NCBI RefSeq assembly: GCF_036588685.1
Contig: NC_086384.1
Location: forward strand, 44,330,001-44,394,000
From: Mytilus trossulus
Lineage: Eukaryota
Reading direction: 5' to 3'
DNA: 64,000 bases
In this document: piece by piece, positions 50,935 through 64,000 of the stretch
How the letters are laid out: each line of letters opens with the position of its first letter
Position numbering within the stretch: the first letter of the stretch is position 1
Made by a program: the position numbers and the translations under genes
The notes under the pieces: generated by a model
The model's input: only the letters and a program-made list of their open reading frames with translations
Database searches by the model: none
Told to the model about the DNA's origin: nothing

Positions 50935-51095
50935 CGGGGGCGGATCCAGCCATTTACTGTAAAAGGGGGGTTCTAACCCAGGACAAAAGAGGGGGGGTGG
51001 TTCCAACGACATGTCCCCTTTCAAATGCATTAGTCGTCCAAAAAAATGGGGGTCCAGCCCCCGGACCCCATGCACTTACTGTGAATCCGCCACTG
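50935..51095. mobile_element. hAT5-like MITE, 5-bp TSD TAAGT
   Basis: CGGGGGCGGATCC...GAATCCGCCACTG. Confidence 0.8.
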
Positions 51096-51654
51096 TAAGT
51101 GTAATATTCGGTTGACATTTTGTTTCTTCTATATTCTAAGCTGTGTTTCAAGATGTATTTTAAGGTAAGTTTGTTGACCTTAATATGCTTGCGCCTCGTC
51201 TGCGATTGCGATTGCGACACGCAGAAAGAACACAAATTATGTTTGGATAGGCAGACGACATAGTCGACAAAAGAATATAGGATCACCTTGTCTCGCCTAA
51301 ATAGATTTTTAAGCATTTATATATAGATTACAATTTGGAAATTGAAAATTCCTGAAAAAATAATCTGATAAAAGACTTACAGTTAATCCCTGTGCAGATA
51401 TTGCATATGTTTATGTAATATTTTTGATGGTTGCCAGCCTTTAAATAGTTCAAAATCGAATTGTTAGACAATACAGTTTTTCAGCATACGTGAATATCTA
51501 TAACTGAATTGCAATATTAAAAAGCTTGGTGTATTTATTGAAACTCGTAATCATTCAAATATAATATTTTCTGATCAAAAACTTCATAAGTAGCCCCCTT
51601 TTATTCCCTAGAAAGTTTACATTAAAATTGATTGGTGCTCGTTTCTAAAGCCCA

Positions 51655-51882
51655 AGGGACAACATCAAAAGTTCAATGTAGGATAAAACACTTAATTCAG
51701 ATAGTTTTTTTAATTACCCCTCTACCCCCCTCTTAACTTAACCTGGGAAAAATTGATTAACCCATATGGATATATGTAAAATCGATGTAGGATAAACAAA
51801 ACTTGCAGTAAGTTTAACCCCCCACCCCCAAACTATTTGAATTAAGTTTTTTATCCTTCATTGATCTTTTGATGTCGTTCCT
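51655..51882. mobile_element. Small TIR MITE (Harbinger-like)
   Basis: gggacaacatcaaaagttcaatgtaggataaaacacttaattca is mirrored at 51838-51882. Confidence 0.65.
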
Positions 51883-52805
51883 AAGACAACACCAATGTAT
51901 AAATGCTTAACTTTTAATAGAAAACATACAATGTGATAATATTCGATCAAGTATTCGTTGAAAATTTCCCATTATAACTTACAAATGTTACATTTTATTT
52001 ATTGAAAATTAATATAGAAGTTAATGGGATAATATACTGTTGTTATATTTCAAAACGAGATTATCGCAGATGCCACATGGTTCAATGATTCAAAACGTAA
52101 TTACGAGGACGTGCAAATATTCAATTGAGTTTTGCATTAAACATTTTTGCATGAAATGATATTCAATTTGAAAAATCCATTTGCTTTTACAGAGTTTTCC
52201 ATCGAATTAATTTGGTAGCAATGTATCTGATATTTTTTTAAATGTCCCATAAACAAGCTTCTTTATCACGCCTGCATGATGTTGAGAGGAGTTTTAGTTT
52301 CGTATTTTTAGAATATCATACCAAAGTAAAATAAGTGAACATTTGTGACCATTCGTATCTGTCCTATTTGAGTAAAAAATAAATGAAAGTAAATCCTAAC
52401 AAAAAGACAACAACCTTGCAACCAATTCGTTATAATCAAGGAAAATTCAGTTAAACTGCAATATGTTACATGAACATATATGATAAAATCACGGTGAATT
52501 TGATTCGATTTCTTAGTTTGTGTTGTTACAAATGTCACACGGAAACAAAGAAGCATTATACCTCGGCATTTAGTCGGCTCAACGATTAGAAGAATGATTA
52601 ATAGCTGCATATACAATGGAACAAAGCAACTAGTACTGATGAGGGGAGGGGCGCAGAATAGCTATTTCTAATTTTTCGGTCTACTCCTCATTTTTCCTTC
52701 GCCATATTACTCAATTCTTCCATGCACCCCCTTTTCCACATATTTTCTGACCATTTTTATCTTTAAGTCTTTTTCATCTATCTTATGTAAAGAATTTTGA
52801 AGTTG

Positions 52806-55593
52806 TTATGCCCCACCTACGATACTAGAGGGGCATTATGTTTTCTGGTCTGTGCGTCTGTTCGGTGTTCGTTCGTCCGCTTGTCCCGCTTCAGGTTAAA
52901 GCTTTTGGTCAAGGCAGTTTTTGATGAAGCTGAAGCCCAATCAACTTGAAACTAAGTACAAATGTTCCCTATGTTATGATCTTTCTAAATCCAAAGCCAA
53001 ATTATACCTTCGACCCCAATTTAACGATCCACTGAACATAGAATAGGAAGTAAGTAAGTAAGTATTTACATTTTATTTAGAGTCGGCATATATATACATA
53101 ATAACAGAGAAAACATGAGCTCTGGTGAGCTCTTTAACCGACTATCACATAAAAAAATCATGCAGCATCATGCAAATACTACCAAATAAAACATGCAATA
53201 TAATGAAAGCAAACTTCTATTTGATTAGTGAGCCTCCAGAGTCAAAGCTGATGTGGCAAGCGCCTCTATGTGCATTGAAGCGGGGGAATCAGCAAATCAT
53301 TTGATGATCATAAAATATAACAAACTAAAAGCATACAAATAATAAATAAATAAAAATAAGCACTAGCATTTAATGGCAGATATATTAAAAACAAAAATGC
53401 ATAAAAAGCAGAGCAAAAGGCCATTATAAAAAGAAAGAAAGAAATTTCTGCTTTGAGACAGCACTGGGTGGAAACGACATGAACTGCAGAAGCATTTTTG
53501 CCCCCCACACCAGGAATTTATGTAATTCCTAAACTGGTCAAAAGAAGTCATGAGTCTAGCCTCATTAGGAAGTGAGTTCCATACTTGTTCTGCCTCAAAT
53601 CTAAAAGATCTTTTACCATAACTGGAGGTTCTAGGTCTAGGTACCTCAGCAGTGTTTACATACCTGAAATTATATGAATTGTTTTATATTACAGCTAAAT
53701 CTTGAATAAATAAAGGACATTTTTTATTAATTATTTTAAAGGTCTCCAAGGCAATTGAGCGCATTCTACGAGTTTTTAATGATGGAAGGTTCGAAATCTG
53801 CAGGAGTGTTTCGTATGAGCTCAGATAGTCTTCATAAATAAATCGAAGCGCTCGTTCTTGTATTTTTTCTATTTTTCTAGTATTTTGTTCCCCACAGAAA
53901 TGCCAAGTCAAAGGGCAGTAACTAAAATTAGACATAATAAAAGAGTAGTAAATTGTAAGCTTACTCAGTTTGTTTAGATGTTTCCCAATTCTTTTCAAAA
54001 CATTTACTATTGCCTTGCAGCCTTTTTACAAATATTTGAAATGTGTAAATTAAAGTTTAATTTAAAATCAATCGTAACTCCGAGTAGTTTAACCTCATCC
54101 TCACATGATATAGAAATACCATTTAAATCAAACACAATCTTTTTATCATGTGTTTTTCTGCCAAGAGAGATAGCTTGAAATTTCTCTGGGTTGGCCTGCA
54201 TTTTATTGAAAGAAAACCACTGTATTAAATAATTGCTGTCTTCCTCAAGAGCAGAAATTACATCTTGTAAGGAATTTCCAGACTTTGACAAAGTATTGTC
54301 AACAGCATAGTTATATAAAGAACATTTTTTTACAAAAAGGAACAAATCGTTAATAAAAATTTAAATAGGATGGGTCCAAGGATAGAACCTTGTGGTACTC
54401 CTTTAAATATGTCAAGCATACCACTTAAATTTTGGTTTACTTTCACACATTGTTTTCTTTTTGTTAAATGACTATATAACATATCAAGTGAGGATTTGGA
54501 TAGACCATAAGCATTTAGCTTCAGTAGCAGTAAGTCATGGGGGAGACAGTCAAATGCTTTTGACAAGTCCATAAGGATAGCTGCAAGGTATTAATTTTGA
54601 TCTAAGGCTAATTTCCAATCTTCAATCACTCTTAATAAAGTTGACAGACATCCAAAACCAGATCTAAAAGCTGTCAAAAAAGGACTGAAGATTTTATCAA
54701 AGTACTGTACTAATTGTACTTCTATGGCATTTTTAGAAATAGCCGGTAAAACACTTACCGGTCTATAATTTCCTTTTTCTAAAACACTATTCTTTTTGTG
54801 AATAGGTGCAACTTGAGCTTCCTTAAGACGGTCAGATAAGGTCGGTGATGATAATGACAAATTAACAATATCAGTAAGAGGTTTTACAATAGCAGGTTTA
54901 GCAAAATGCAGTAATTTAGGTGAGATGCCATCTATACCAGTGGCTTTTTTAACATTAATTTTACGTATACGTTTCTCAACAAAGTCTAGATCAATAGGGG
55001 AAAAGGTAAAATTGTTTTGATCAAGATCAGGAATATTATCTTTAATGGCCAAAATACTCGGGTGATCATCATTAACCTTTATTTGACTGCTTCCTATATT
55101 CTTTGCAACATTTACAAAATAATCATTAAATATCTCACACACCTCCTCCTGTTTTGTAATTAAAACATTATTTTCTTAGAGGACAGTTTCCTTTTGGTAC
55201 ATACATTTCCCTTATTTGTAAGAAAAGGTTTCACTGTTGGCCAGAAATCTTTCGACTTCGGGCCTCCAGCACACCTCTCTACAAAATATTGGTTGATGGA
55301 TTTATTTTTTAGTTTTGTAACATAGTTGCGTTGCCGCCTATATGTCTCCCAGTTCTTACTACCACTGTAGAAAGTGCGAGTTTCAGGTTAAATGTTTTGG
55401 TCAGGTAATTTTTGATGAAGTTGAAATCCAATCAACTTGAAACTTAGTACACATGTTCCCTATGGTATTATCCTTCTAATCTTAGTGCCAAATTAGATTT
55501 TTTTTTACCTAATTTACGGTCCATTAAGAATGTAAAATGATAGTGCGAGTGGGGCATCGGTATACTTTGGACACAAAAAAAGTCATTCTTGTT
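52806..55593 (+). mobile_element. HINE-like element split by a LINE insertion
   Basis: 52806-53047 and 55367-55593 reconstitute the 13863-14318 element. Confidence 0.75.
53048..55366 (-). mobile_element. 5'-truncated, frameshifted CR1/L2-type LINE (reverse transcriptase)
   Basis: RT motifs KATGIDGI, NYRPVSVLP, DLSKAFDCLPH, GVPQGSILGPILF, YAVD (YADD eroded), LLGVTID, KIEKIQERALR spread over several frames. (ACTT)n 3' tail at about 53048-53064. Confidence 0.9.
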
Positions 55594-58500
55594 TCTCTAC
55601 TTTTTCATACTTTGCCCTAACTCTAATCCTTATCTAAAATAAAATCAGATACTTTTTTGAAAAATGGTCCGATCTGAATTTCTTAATATACATTTCGTCT
55701 TTAACATGTATGAACTATGTGCCACTGGACGTTAATAACAAAATAGTTGATCTAAATATTGCATGCCGTCTCTGCGTCGTAAAAACTTCAAAATGTATTC
55801 TACAAAATATAACAAAAATACAAGATTTGTTTTAGAAGAGGTGGTATGATTGCAAAATAAATGAGACCACTTTGTACTGTAAAACCAAATGACGTAGAAG
55901 TAAGCAATTTTTGAATTTTGAATTTGTATATTTTTTTTTTTAATTTTTGAATAGATGCTGTTTAAAAAGTTGTATATGGGCGAATATGTTTAACAAAAAT
56001 GACCGTCAATAGTTTTCGCTATTCTCTTATGAACTTACAAGATGTCATTTAAGTTATCATTTACAACCTTTAATTAATCACCAAACATCATGATGGGCAT
56101 GGGGGAGTATCCCGAGATACAGGGATATTACTTTGGCTGTTCCATCTAATAACACAAAAAGGGTCGTTGGTGTTTGGTACTTAGTTACACTCTCGTCTTT
56201 TATTCAACATTTGCCTCGACGCAGTTGAAATATATACCAATTTTACTTTTGCTTGGCCTTATTAACCCGAGGTATTCTACTATTGTATGCATTAATAACA
56301 GAACTAAAATTGTATTCTTTAATTACACTGCATCGATTGATTACGAATATTCTGAAATGGAAATGATAATCTATTTCATCTGAGAGACGCAGTGCTATTA
56401 AGTAATTAGTATGGAGTTTAAATTCTGTAGATACCTAGGGGGTAAACAAAAATAAGTCCAAAATCAATTTTCAAACTTCCGTTTTCCTGACAGGTCCGGT
56501 AATGGAAAATAAAAGTTTTCTTGGTCTCTAAAACGCTTTAAGCTTCCGAACATTAGTCTAGAAGATTACTTCCGAAATATCTAAATTTGATTTTCTTTAA
56601 TGCTGGTTTTGTCAGGAAAATGTCTTCAGTAATTTTCTCCACGATTATTATAGTTTTATTAAATTTCGCTCGATCTAGCTTCATTTAGATGCCGGTAATT
56701 AGTGGCTGCATTATGGGTGTTTATTGAATACAAACGATGGTGACATTGGTATATATATCAAATTTATATACCAAGTGAAAAGAACAGGGTTCTTATAAAA
56801 CAATCTTCAAGCGGCTGAGGAAATCACTGTAGATTAAACCGGTAAAAGGGTGGATAACACCACCATGACCACTTTCCTTAAATTAACCTTGAAACTTGGA
56901 ATCGCGCACGGGACTAGGGACACTTGGTTGCTTTTCCTTGTATCCAATCCGGTTTCGAAGTTTGTTGTTTTGTCCAAAGCTTCTTTGTATAACTAAAAGA
57001 CATTAAAATTAGGCATACTGCAGGGAATAACGAGTAGAGCAAACATTAAAAGACAGGTGTTCATGGTTTAAACCTTGAACACATAAGGTACTCTAACATA
57101 ATTTGTGTGTGGCATTTTAGAATAGTCCCTGATAACTGTGTCATTTTCAATGAACTCCCCTCGGATGTGCGATTGAATGTCGGGTAAAGTGTGCGATGTC
57201 AAGTAAGGTGTAAACGTTCGTTGATAGAAAGAGATAAAATAAAAATCGCAACATGAACCTTTCATTTATAGTTTTGATCAGAATTGACACGTGACCTGCT
57301 GTCGTATATCTTACCACGATCTTAGACTGTTTCTCCGCAGAGAAATAATCACAACTTTAATGATCGTCTCATTATTTCAATATCAGAAGGAAATTACGTT
57401 TTAAATTTGACACTTTTCAAATTTTCCTTCGTTTATTTGGAAACTAATTTTTGTTCGTCACACGCAACGGAACTTGGTGCCAATTTCGCCGTTCCATTAT
57501 GCAATTTTTCATGTAATTAGAGACACGCCAACCACCGCTGTTTTCAATCAAGCTGTGGTAATATCTTGTAACGTTGACAATAACTATGGGTTTTACACGA
57601 TGATTGAATTTTGAACCGAAGCCGATAATTTGATGAACAAATAACGCTATTTCACGACAACAGATTAAATCTGTCAGAATCACTGCATTAAATCATTACC
57701 AGAGTTATAACGAAATAAATGTTCCTTTTATCGGTGCTACTGAAACCGTGAATAAGTTGATGATTTCATTTTGTAAAAGCCTGTCCATCGATTCTTTGGA
57801 ATGAAATCTTTCTTTTTATCAGAATACAATTTGTTTCAATTTGAGAGTCTTAAACTATGTTATGGAATTGTTTAATATCTTTTCTATGGCGTCCGCCTGA
57901 TTCCTAAGTGGTTTCTATAGTGTTTCATTGATACAAGTTATATTAATAGATTTGTTGCATTTATTAAAAGGACTATTGTTCCGTGTAATCCAAGTATTGA
58001 AGTGGAAACAGATGCAATAATTTCTTATCAATGCTTAATCTATTGATGGATTATGTACGAAAAACCAAGAGACTATACGACAGTGTTAACGATTTCAAGC
58101 AGTGATTCAATACAATAAATGCAGAGTTAAAACCTGTTAAAATGATTGAATACAGAGTTAATTAATCGTAGATTAGTTTTACGCCTGTGAGTCTGGCTTC
58201 CAGTTGCATTGTTAACATAGGTTAACACCAATTTGATTAAAGAACAGCTCCTGTGTCTCAGTTTTGCTGTCACAGATCTAATAACACTCTGGTCTACTTT
58301 CTGTGTATATAACTTTCGTGACCCTCTTGTTTTGTCGATTTAAAAAACAACCTTCAAAAAGATGAAAGCTGAAATTTCATTGGCTGATGTATTAATTATT
58401 CGAACAGGAAGTAAAACGGAGTGCTGTCAGATCATTGTCAGCAAATCTTAAGCACATCATATGTATTTCAATCGGAAAATTTATCTCATTAAAACGAAGT

Positions 58501-59988
58501 GATGAAGAAAAGTTAACCTTTGACTCGTCCTTTCGCTCTATCTGTCTTAAAAGTTAATTCTTTCTATAAACTAACACTGGTACGAACATAAAACACGAGG
58601 AGAGACAAAACAATGTTAAAGACATAAATTTACTTATATATCATTGCAATAAGATATATCAGAATACCGTGAAAGAGACCTTATCTGTAGAAAAGGATAT
58701 GTCGAAGAAACAAATACACGACTTCACCAGTACCACCCCCCCCCAAAAAAAAAAAAAATAATAATACCAAAACAAAACAAAAACTAGCTATAGGTCTAAA
58801 ATGTATCTACACTGATTGATCCTCTAAATATCGCCCAGGTCGTGTTCTCAGTCTACACTCTCGTGCAATACGAGGTCTTATTAGAGGACTGCTTCCAATC
58901 ATGTCTGGTCTGCCTTTGACAAGCTACTGTACCAAACTATGTTCTGTACCTTTGATATATTCACAAAAACTAAGATGAAGTACCCAATATTTAATTGACA
59001 TTTCTACAAAGGTAAACAGGCGTTTGATATCTGGGCATATTTAAATAGGATGGACGTATGAAACCATTAACGATGTCAAAACTTGCAGAATTGTTTTTAT
59101 ACATGTCAGAAAAAGGAAGAAAATAATTCAGGCCCTTTTCCGTGTGATACGTATAGATTATTACATGGCATTTTTCATATCAGACCCAGGCTCGAGGGCT
59201 AATATCATGAACGAGGGCCGATAAAGGGTCTGATATGAAAAATGACATGTAATTATCTTTTGATCATAAAATTATTATACTTCAGCAGAAGAAATACAGA
59301 CAAGAACTATTTAAATTTAATTTTGTTTGCCTTTGCACTTTCAGATAATATTTCCAAGCAACCAACAAAAATGTTAACTTTAATTGTTTTGTTTGCCTTT
59401 GCACTTTTAGATAACATTTACAAGCAACCAAAAAATATGTTAACTTTAATTGTTTTTATTGATATTACAAGCAATCTTGTCACAACAATTATCAAGTTTC
59501 CTTAATAATATTGTAACCCTTTTTAAGTCTTTCAAAGCAAATTTTACTTAATTAATTTTTGCTCCGCAACCATTTTGTGAAAAGTCTTATCACTTGCCGT
59601 TTCCTGCGTTCTGTTGTCGTTTTCAAACAAATTTCCGGAAATGCACGAAGTTGCATGTGATAAACGTCACGGAAATTAACGAGAGGGCATGTGATAACAT
59701 TCTGGAAGCAGTCAATAAAGGTACCTTTATCAGCCCGCTATGGAAATTCTAATAGGAATCTGGTTAATAAACCTAGTAATCCTTTCATAGCCTTTTGATA
59801 TTTTCAAATCTTATTGAACTGTAAAATTTCAGTAATATTTTATACAAGTATATGATAAATGTATATATATATAAGGGGGGACCGGGGTGAGGGTGGGGGT
59901 TTTGGGGTGTAAAAACACCAAGAAGTTAAAACATTGAGTTACAATGGAGAATAATTATACAGTTTCGTATGTTGGAGAGAGAGTTGTT

Positions 59989-60156
59989 CAGTGGCGGATC
60001 CAGAACTTTTCATAAAAAGGAGGGAGGGATGCTGACTGACTAAAAAGAGGGGCTCCAGTCATGCATCAGTGATTCCCTATTTAATCAACCAAATTGTTCC
60101 TACGAAAGGGGGGTCGGGCCGGCCCGGGCACTAAGGCCCCCATGGATCTGCCTATT
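59989..60156. mobile_element. hAT5-like MITE, 5-bp TSD TTGTT
   Basis: CAGTGGCGGATCC...GGATCTGCCTATT. Confidence 0.7.
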
Positions 60157-61629
60157 TTGTTGTTGTTGTCAAATTCACGCAGGTGACAAGTCACGGTTTA
60201 TTTATTACTGTATTATGAAATGAATTACAAATTTCTTAATTGATATCGGGTACAAACGACTTATTTTGCATAATCGAACATAATGCATGAGTAATGGACC
60301 GGAGGAAGTGAGGGTTTTCTATAAAATTGTAATTACCACACTGTAACTGAATTGAATTATAAACTAGTTGGTAAACATCATCACATAAAAGATAATAAAA
60401 AAGGGGAACGCTTCAAGCAATTCTTTAATTAAAATCACATCTTTTCAGGTGCAACCACTTTATCTCTACACCCACTAGATTTAACAATGGAGTCATTCTA
60501 TGTGTAATGTTCTTAATGTTCATTCCAAACAGTTTACGTTTATACAAGGAATTTCCAAATCTCGTACCCCGGGTACACAGGTAATTTTTAACCGAAATTA
60601 CATCTAACTTGTAACGTTCGAGCGAACAAAAAAGTCATAAATTTTATCTCGAGTCAAAGGCATGTTATTAAACTGAAATTCTATTCTGTATTTTGTAACT
60701 ATTACGAGATCCATATGTCATTCGAGGACAGTGGGTTAAATGGGTTAAGTCTGTCCTTAACAAAAGGGAAATTGATGAAAATGGTGACTACGTAAAAAAT
60801 ATATCATTAATTTTATCTATACATACTATGTATACTAGTATGTTTATAAATCTCACTATATTTATCTTCCATGCAAAGAATGCTTTTGAGGTGGCATTGG
60901 CAAAATTATTAAGTCAAGTTTAAACTAGGTTTAAAATAGGCTGAATTTTCCCGTTTTTCTATGTTACATGCATATTGTTCGTGCGCTCAATTTTGGGTGA
61001 GTTTGAGTGAGGTTGAAAAGTTACATGGCTACTGCTAATAATTATATTCATTTATTCAATATTTATTTGGAACATATAATACTTGGGTGAATTTCATACG
61101 TAGACTTGTAATAAAAGGGTTATAATATATATTTTTTTTATAATGCACCAATGAATTGATACATAATAATATTTGTAAATAGACGAGATAACAACTCTTG
61201 ACGTTTGTTTATTAGTAAAAAACCAACTTAATGAATACACCTATTTCATTTTGAATTATGTATTCTCATGCATGGTGAATGTGCTTACCCACAAATAGAA
61301 ATGTACTACAATATAAAACACGACTACCGATATAGTGTACTACACTTAAGCCTTTAGTATAAGTACTTTTACACTCTTTTTTTTATCTCCTTTGTTTTAT
61401 CACCGTCATGCCACCTACCTGAGGTAAAAACGTTTTAATATAGCCTCAGATTTTAGCTCGATAGGCTACTTATTGTAGCTCAGTAACTAAGTTATCTATA
61501 TTTTATAAATCCATTATAGTGTCGCCTATAATAAATGTTTTAACATCATTAAATTGCTATTTTCTCTTTTGACAGTATTTCACTCTAAGGGCATCACGAC
61601 AGCTGAGAGAAAAGTGTGTGTATTGACAG

Positions 61630-61639
61630 GTCACGTGAC
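61630..61639. promoter_or_regulatory. Palindromic extended E-box GTCACGTGAC (CLEAR/MITF-TFE/USF type)
   Basis: Exact 10-bp palindrome about 200 bp upstream of the claudin-like ATG. Function inferred only. Confidence 0.3.
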
Positions 61640-61836
61640 TTCATCATACAGATGACAAATTTGGCGATAAACGAGTCCGTTTAAATATTTGGTAAACATT
61701 GGCAGATAAACGAGGATCTCAATATTTGTGTGTGAATTATTAAACAATGTGGACTTTAAAAGATGTAAAATATGAAATTTAAATCTACGAGAGATTAACT
61801 TTTTATCTCTATTTTATTTTCATATTTAATACGAAA

Positions 61837-62128
61837 ATGGCTGAATGTGAAAAACCCAAGAATAAAACTATGGGGAAGATTACACGAATTTTAGGAAGAA
61901 TTTCAAGGATATTCTTTTATGTGCAACCCTTTGTGTGTCTGACCGCTACTGTACTACAGACTGTTGGATTCTCTACAAATGCCTGGGCCATACACAAAAA
62001 CAACTCTAACAATAGACTAACAGCGTTTGGACTCTGGTCCACGACAATTTGCTATGAATTGGACTGTATAACAAGGAGCCATTATGACGAATATAAAGAT
62101 AATATCGCAAAAGGCTTTTCTCACAGAG
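61837..62128 (+). CDS. First coding exon of a claudin/PMP-22/EMP-superfamily tetraspan membrane protein (remaining exons not identified)
   Basis: Hydrophobic TM1 (FFYVQPFVCLTATVLQTVGFST), then W...FGLW...C....C extracellular-loop signature. The exon ends at donor AG|GTATGT (62128/9). Confidence 0.7.
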
Positions 62129-64000
62129 GTATGTATAACAATTGTATATGATACTTTCGTATTTTTAGAAAAAAGGGGGGAGACAGATATTTTCTAGAGA
62201 GATTTCAAGTTAATAATTTCATTGCATGGTTGGATAGAGGTAAGTAAATATTCATTAAGAAGACATTAGTGTTTATATATATTTACACATTCGCAACTAT
62301 TTAAATAATGCATGCACGATTTTATACCTTATTTCATTTTTTTTGTAAACTCTTATATTAAAGTTAAAAAATATATAGAGTTTACATGTTGTACTGTTAA
62401 ATTAATCGTCCTTAATCAGAACGATAGTTGTATGTGTGAGTGTATGCGAGTGGGAGAGAAAGGCTTTTTTATTTTTATTATGTGACTACATGCTTGTTAT
62501 GAGCCTTATGATTAGGAAAGGAAATAAAAAAAATATCTTTATCTTTATCTTTATCTTATAGAGTAATATTTTATGTAAAACGAGGACGTACTATGTCCAA
62601 GTTTGATATAAAAAAATATCCTAATTGAAGTAACGTCCCAAATTGTTGGTGCAGGGGAGTCGGTTTTACAACAAAAAAATCGACCAAGATTTATCGCAAG
62701 TATATTGAATTGTTCATGACTTGTAATCAATCTTAGTCGATTTTTTTGGGGTGTGAAACCGACTCCCGTGGCTCATAAATACATTATTTCATGACGAAAG
62801 ATTATAAGACAAGACATGCACCCTTAATATTTTACCTTAGCTCGACAAAAAATGTTGAATCACAAACCCCCCCAAAAAAAACAATTTTTACACTGATGAT
62901 TTTCAAACATATATAATGAAAAACCTTTTTTATTTAATATACTATACCGTTTTAAATGTTTTTTTTTCTATAAAAATACCATTAGCAGTGACATATAAAT
63001 ATTGTTTGTATCAATTTCAAAACGGGAAGAAATTAGTAAATGTTGACAAATTTCTGTGAATCAAACAATGAGATGACTGCTGTTTTGACAAAGTTTTGAC
63101 AAAGTTTTGACGTTGTTTATATAATATACACTGCCCCATCATGTATATTTCATAACCCGTTCCTGGTTAATTGAATATGGTCATGATAAGGGGTGGTATG
63201 TACAAAGCTCCAACACGTTCGTGGGAAAACATATAGCGAAGAATTTGTTTAATGGGATGTCAACTTCAAATTGATTGAAGAGTTTTGAATTTAGAAATTA
63301 GCCGCACATTAATCACCAAAAAAAACCTATACACGTGCGTGTATTTTCCGTATGATTAACAATTTTTGCAGCATTCTCCTTTTCATGTTTTATTCTGGTT
63401 GAAGGTCAAACACCACTCAATATTTTTTCAACAAATTTTATAGATAGTGGCTCCGTTAGGAGACATTTTTACAGAACTATGAAATTTGATATCCAAACGT
63501 TAAAATGCACCCCTGTAAGAAAGTAAGTAAGTAAGTAATGACTTTATTTAAAGAGGGTGACTCAATTAGCTTTCGCTAATCTGGAAAGCTTTAGAAAAGG
63601 CAACGACCATTAATCTTTTCAACGGTCGAGAAGGTGTGGGCGAGTTAAGTTGTTTGATTCCAAATTTCGTGAAGAAAATAGTTTGTTTCAGAATGAAAGG
63701 AAATTGGAAGATTTATTGCATCTGAAAACAAAATCATAGTCAGCGTACACAAAATTATAAACCTCTCGTACATGGAGAGTGTCACGCCCCCTGCATTTTA
63801 GTGTACCCTTGCAATAACTCTTGTCTTTTGGGTTCTATGAATTGTCTGATACAAGGCTGACTGCCTATACCCATTTGAAACCTACCCTTATCCGCTTTTC
63901 CCTTGGACACATATATATATATAGATTTTTCTAGTGTATTTAAGTCGTCCTTTGGCTCAGATCCTACTTAATAGATTTTTTACATTTCAGTTCCTGCCTT

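Noticed and set aside
40274-52616. Numerous 60-120 aa ORFs in the ORF track
   Set aside because: Low-complexity F/I/K/L-rich translations of AT-rich or repeat DNA with no motifs.
56790-57115. Possible two-exon minus-strand micro-gene (57115-57074 joined to 56992 onward)
   Set aside because: Weak donor (GTTTAA) and no recognisable domain; cannot be supported without transcripts.

Overview
AT-rich, repeat-dense eukaryotic genomic DNA. The repeat families and gene content suggest a bivalve mollusc, most likely mussel-like (inference). Host genes are all on the + strand and sit in an interleaved cluster: a yellow/major-royal-jelly-protein (MRJP) pseudogene (11063-12209), an intact intronless RING/B-box/coiled-coil/beta-propeller TRIM gene (17517-19445), a decayed partial TRIM copy (24046-26216) and an intact two-exon secreted yellow/MRJP gene (29413-31103). 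The first coding exon of a claudin/PMP-22-like tetraspan gene lies at 61837-62128. The rest is nested mobile DNA: hammerhead-ribozyme retrozyme repeats (one structurally perfect minimal type I hammerhead at 22305-22348), Helentron/HINE-like elements, Tc1/mariner, Harbinger-, hAT-, Kolobok- and CMC-like MITEs, a decayed Gypsy element, a CR1-like LINE and a MULE/ZSWIM3-like exon. There is also a short solo LTR built around a tRNA-Asp-like Pol III cassette, itself hit in the anticodon arm by a polyA retroposon, and a perfect 108-bp palindrome with a 4-bp target-site duplication (TSD). All calls come from reading the sequence by eye; no searches were run.
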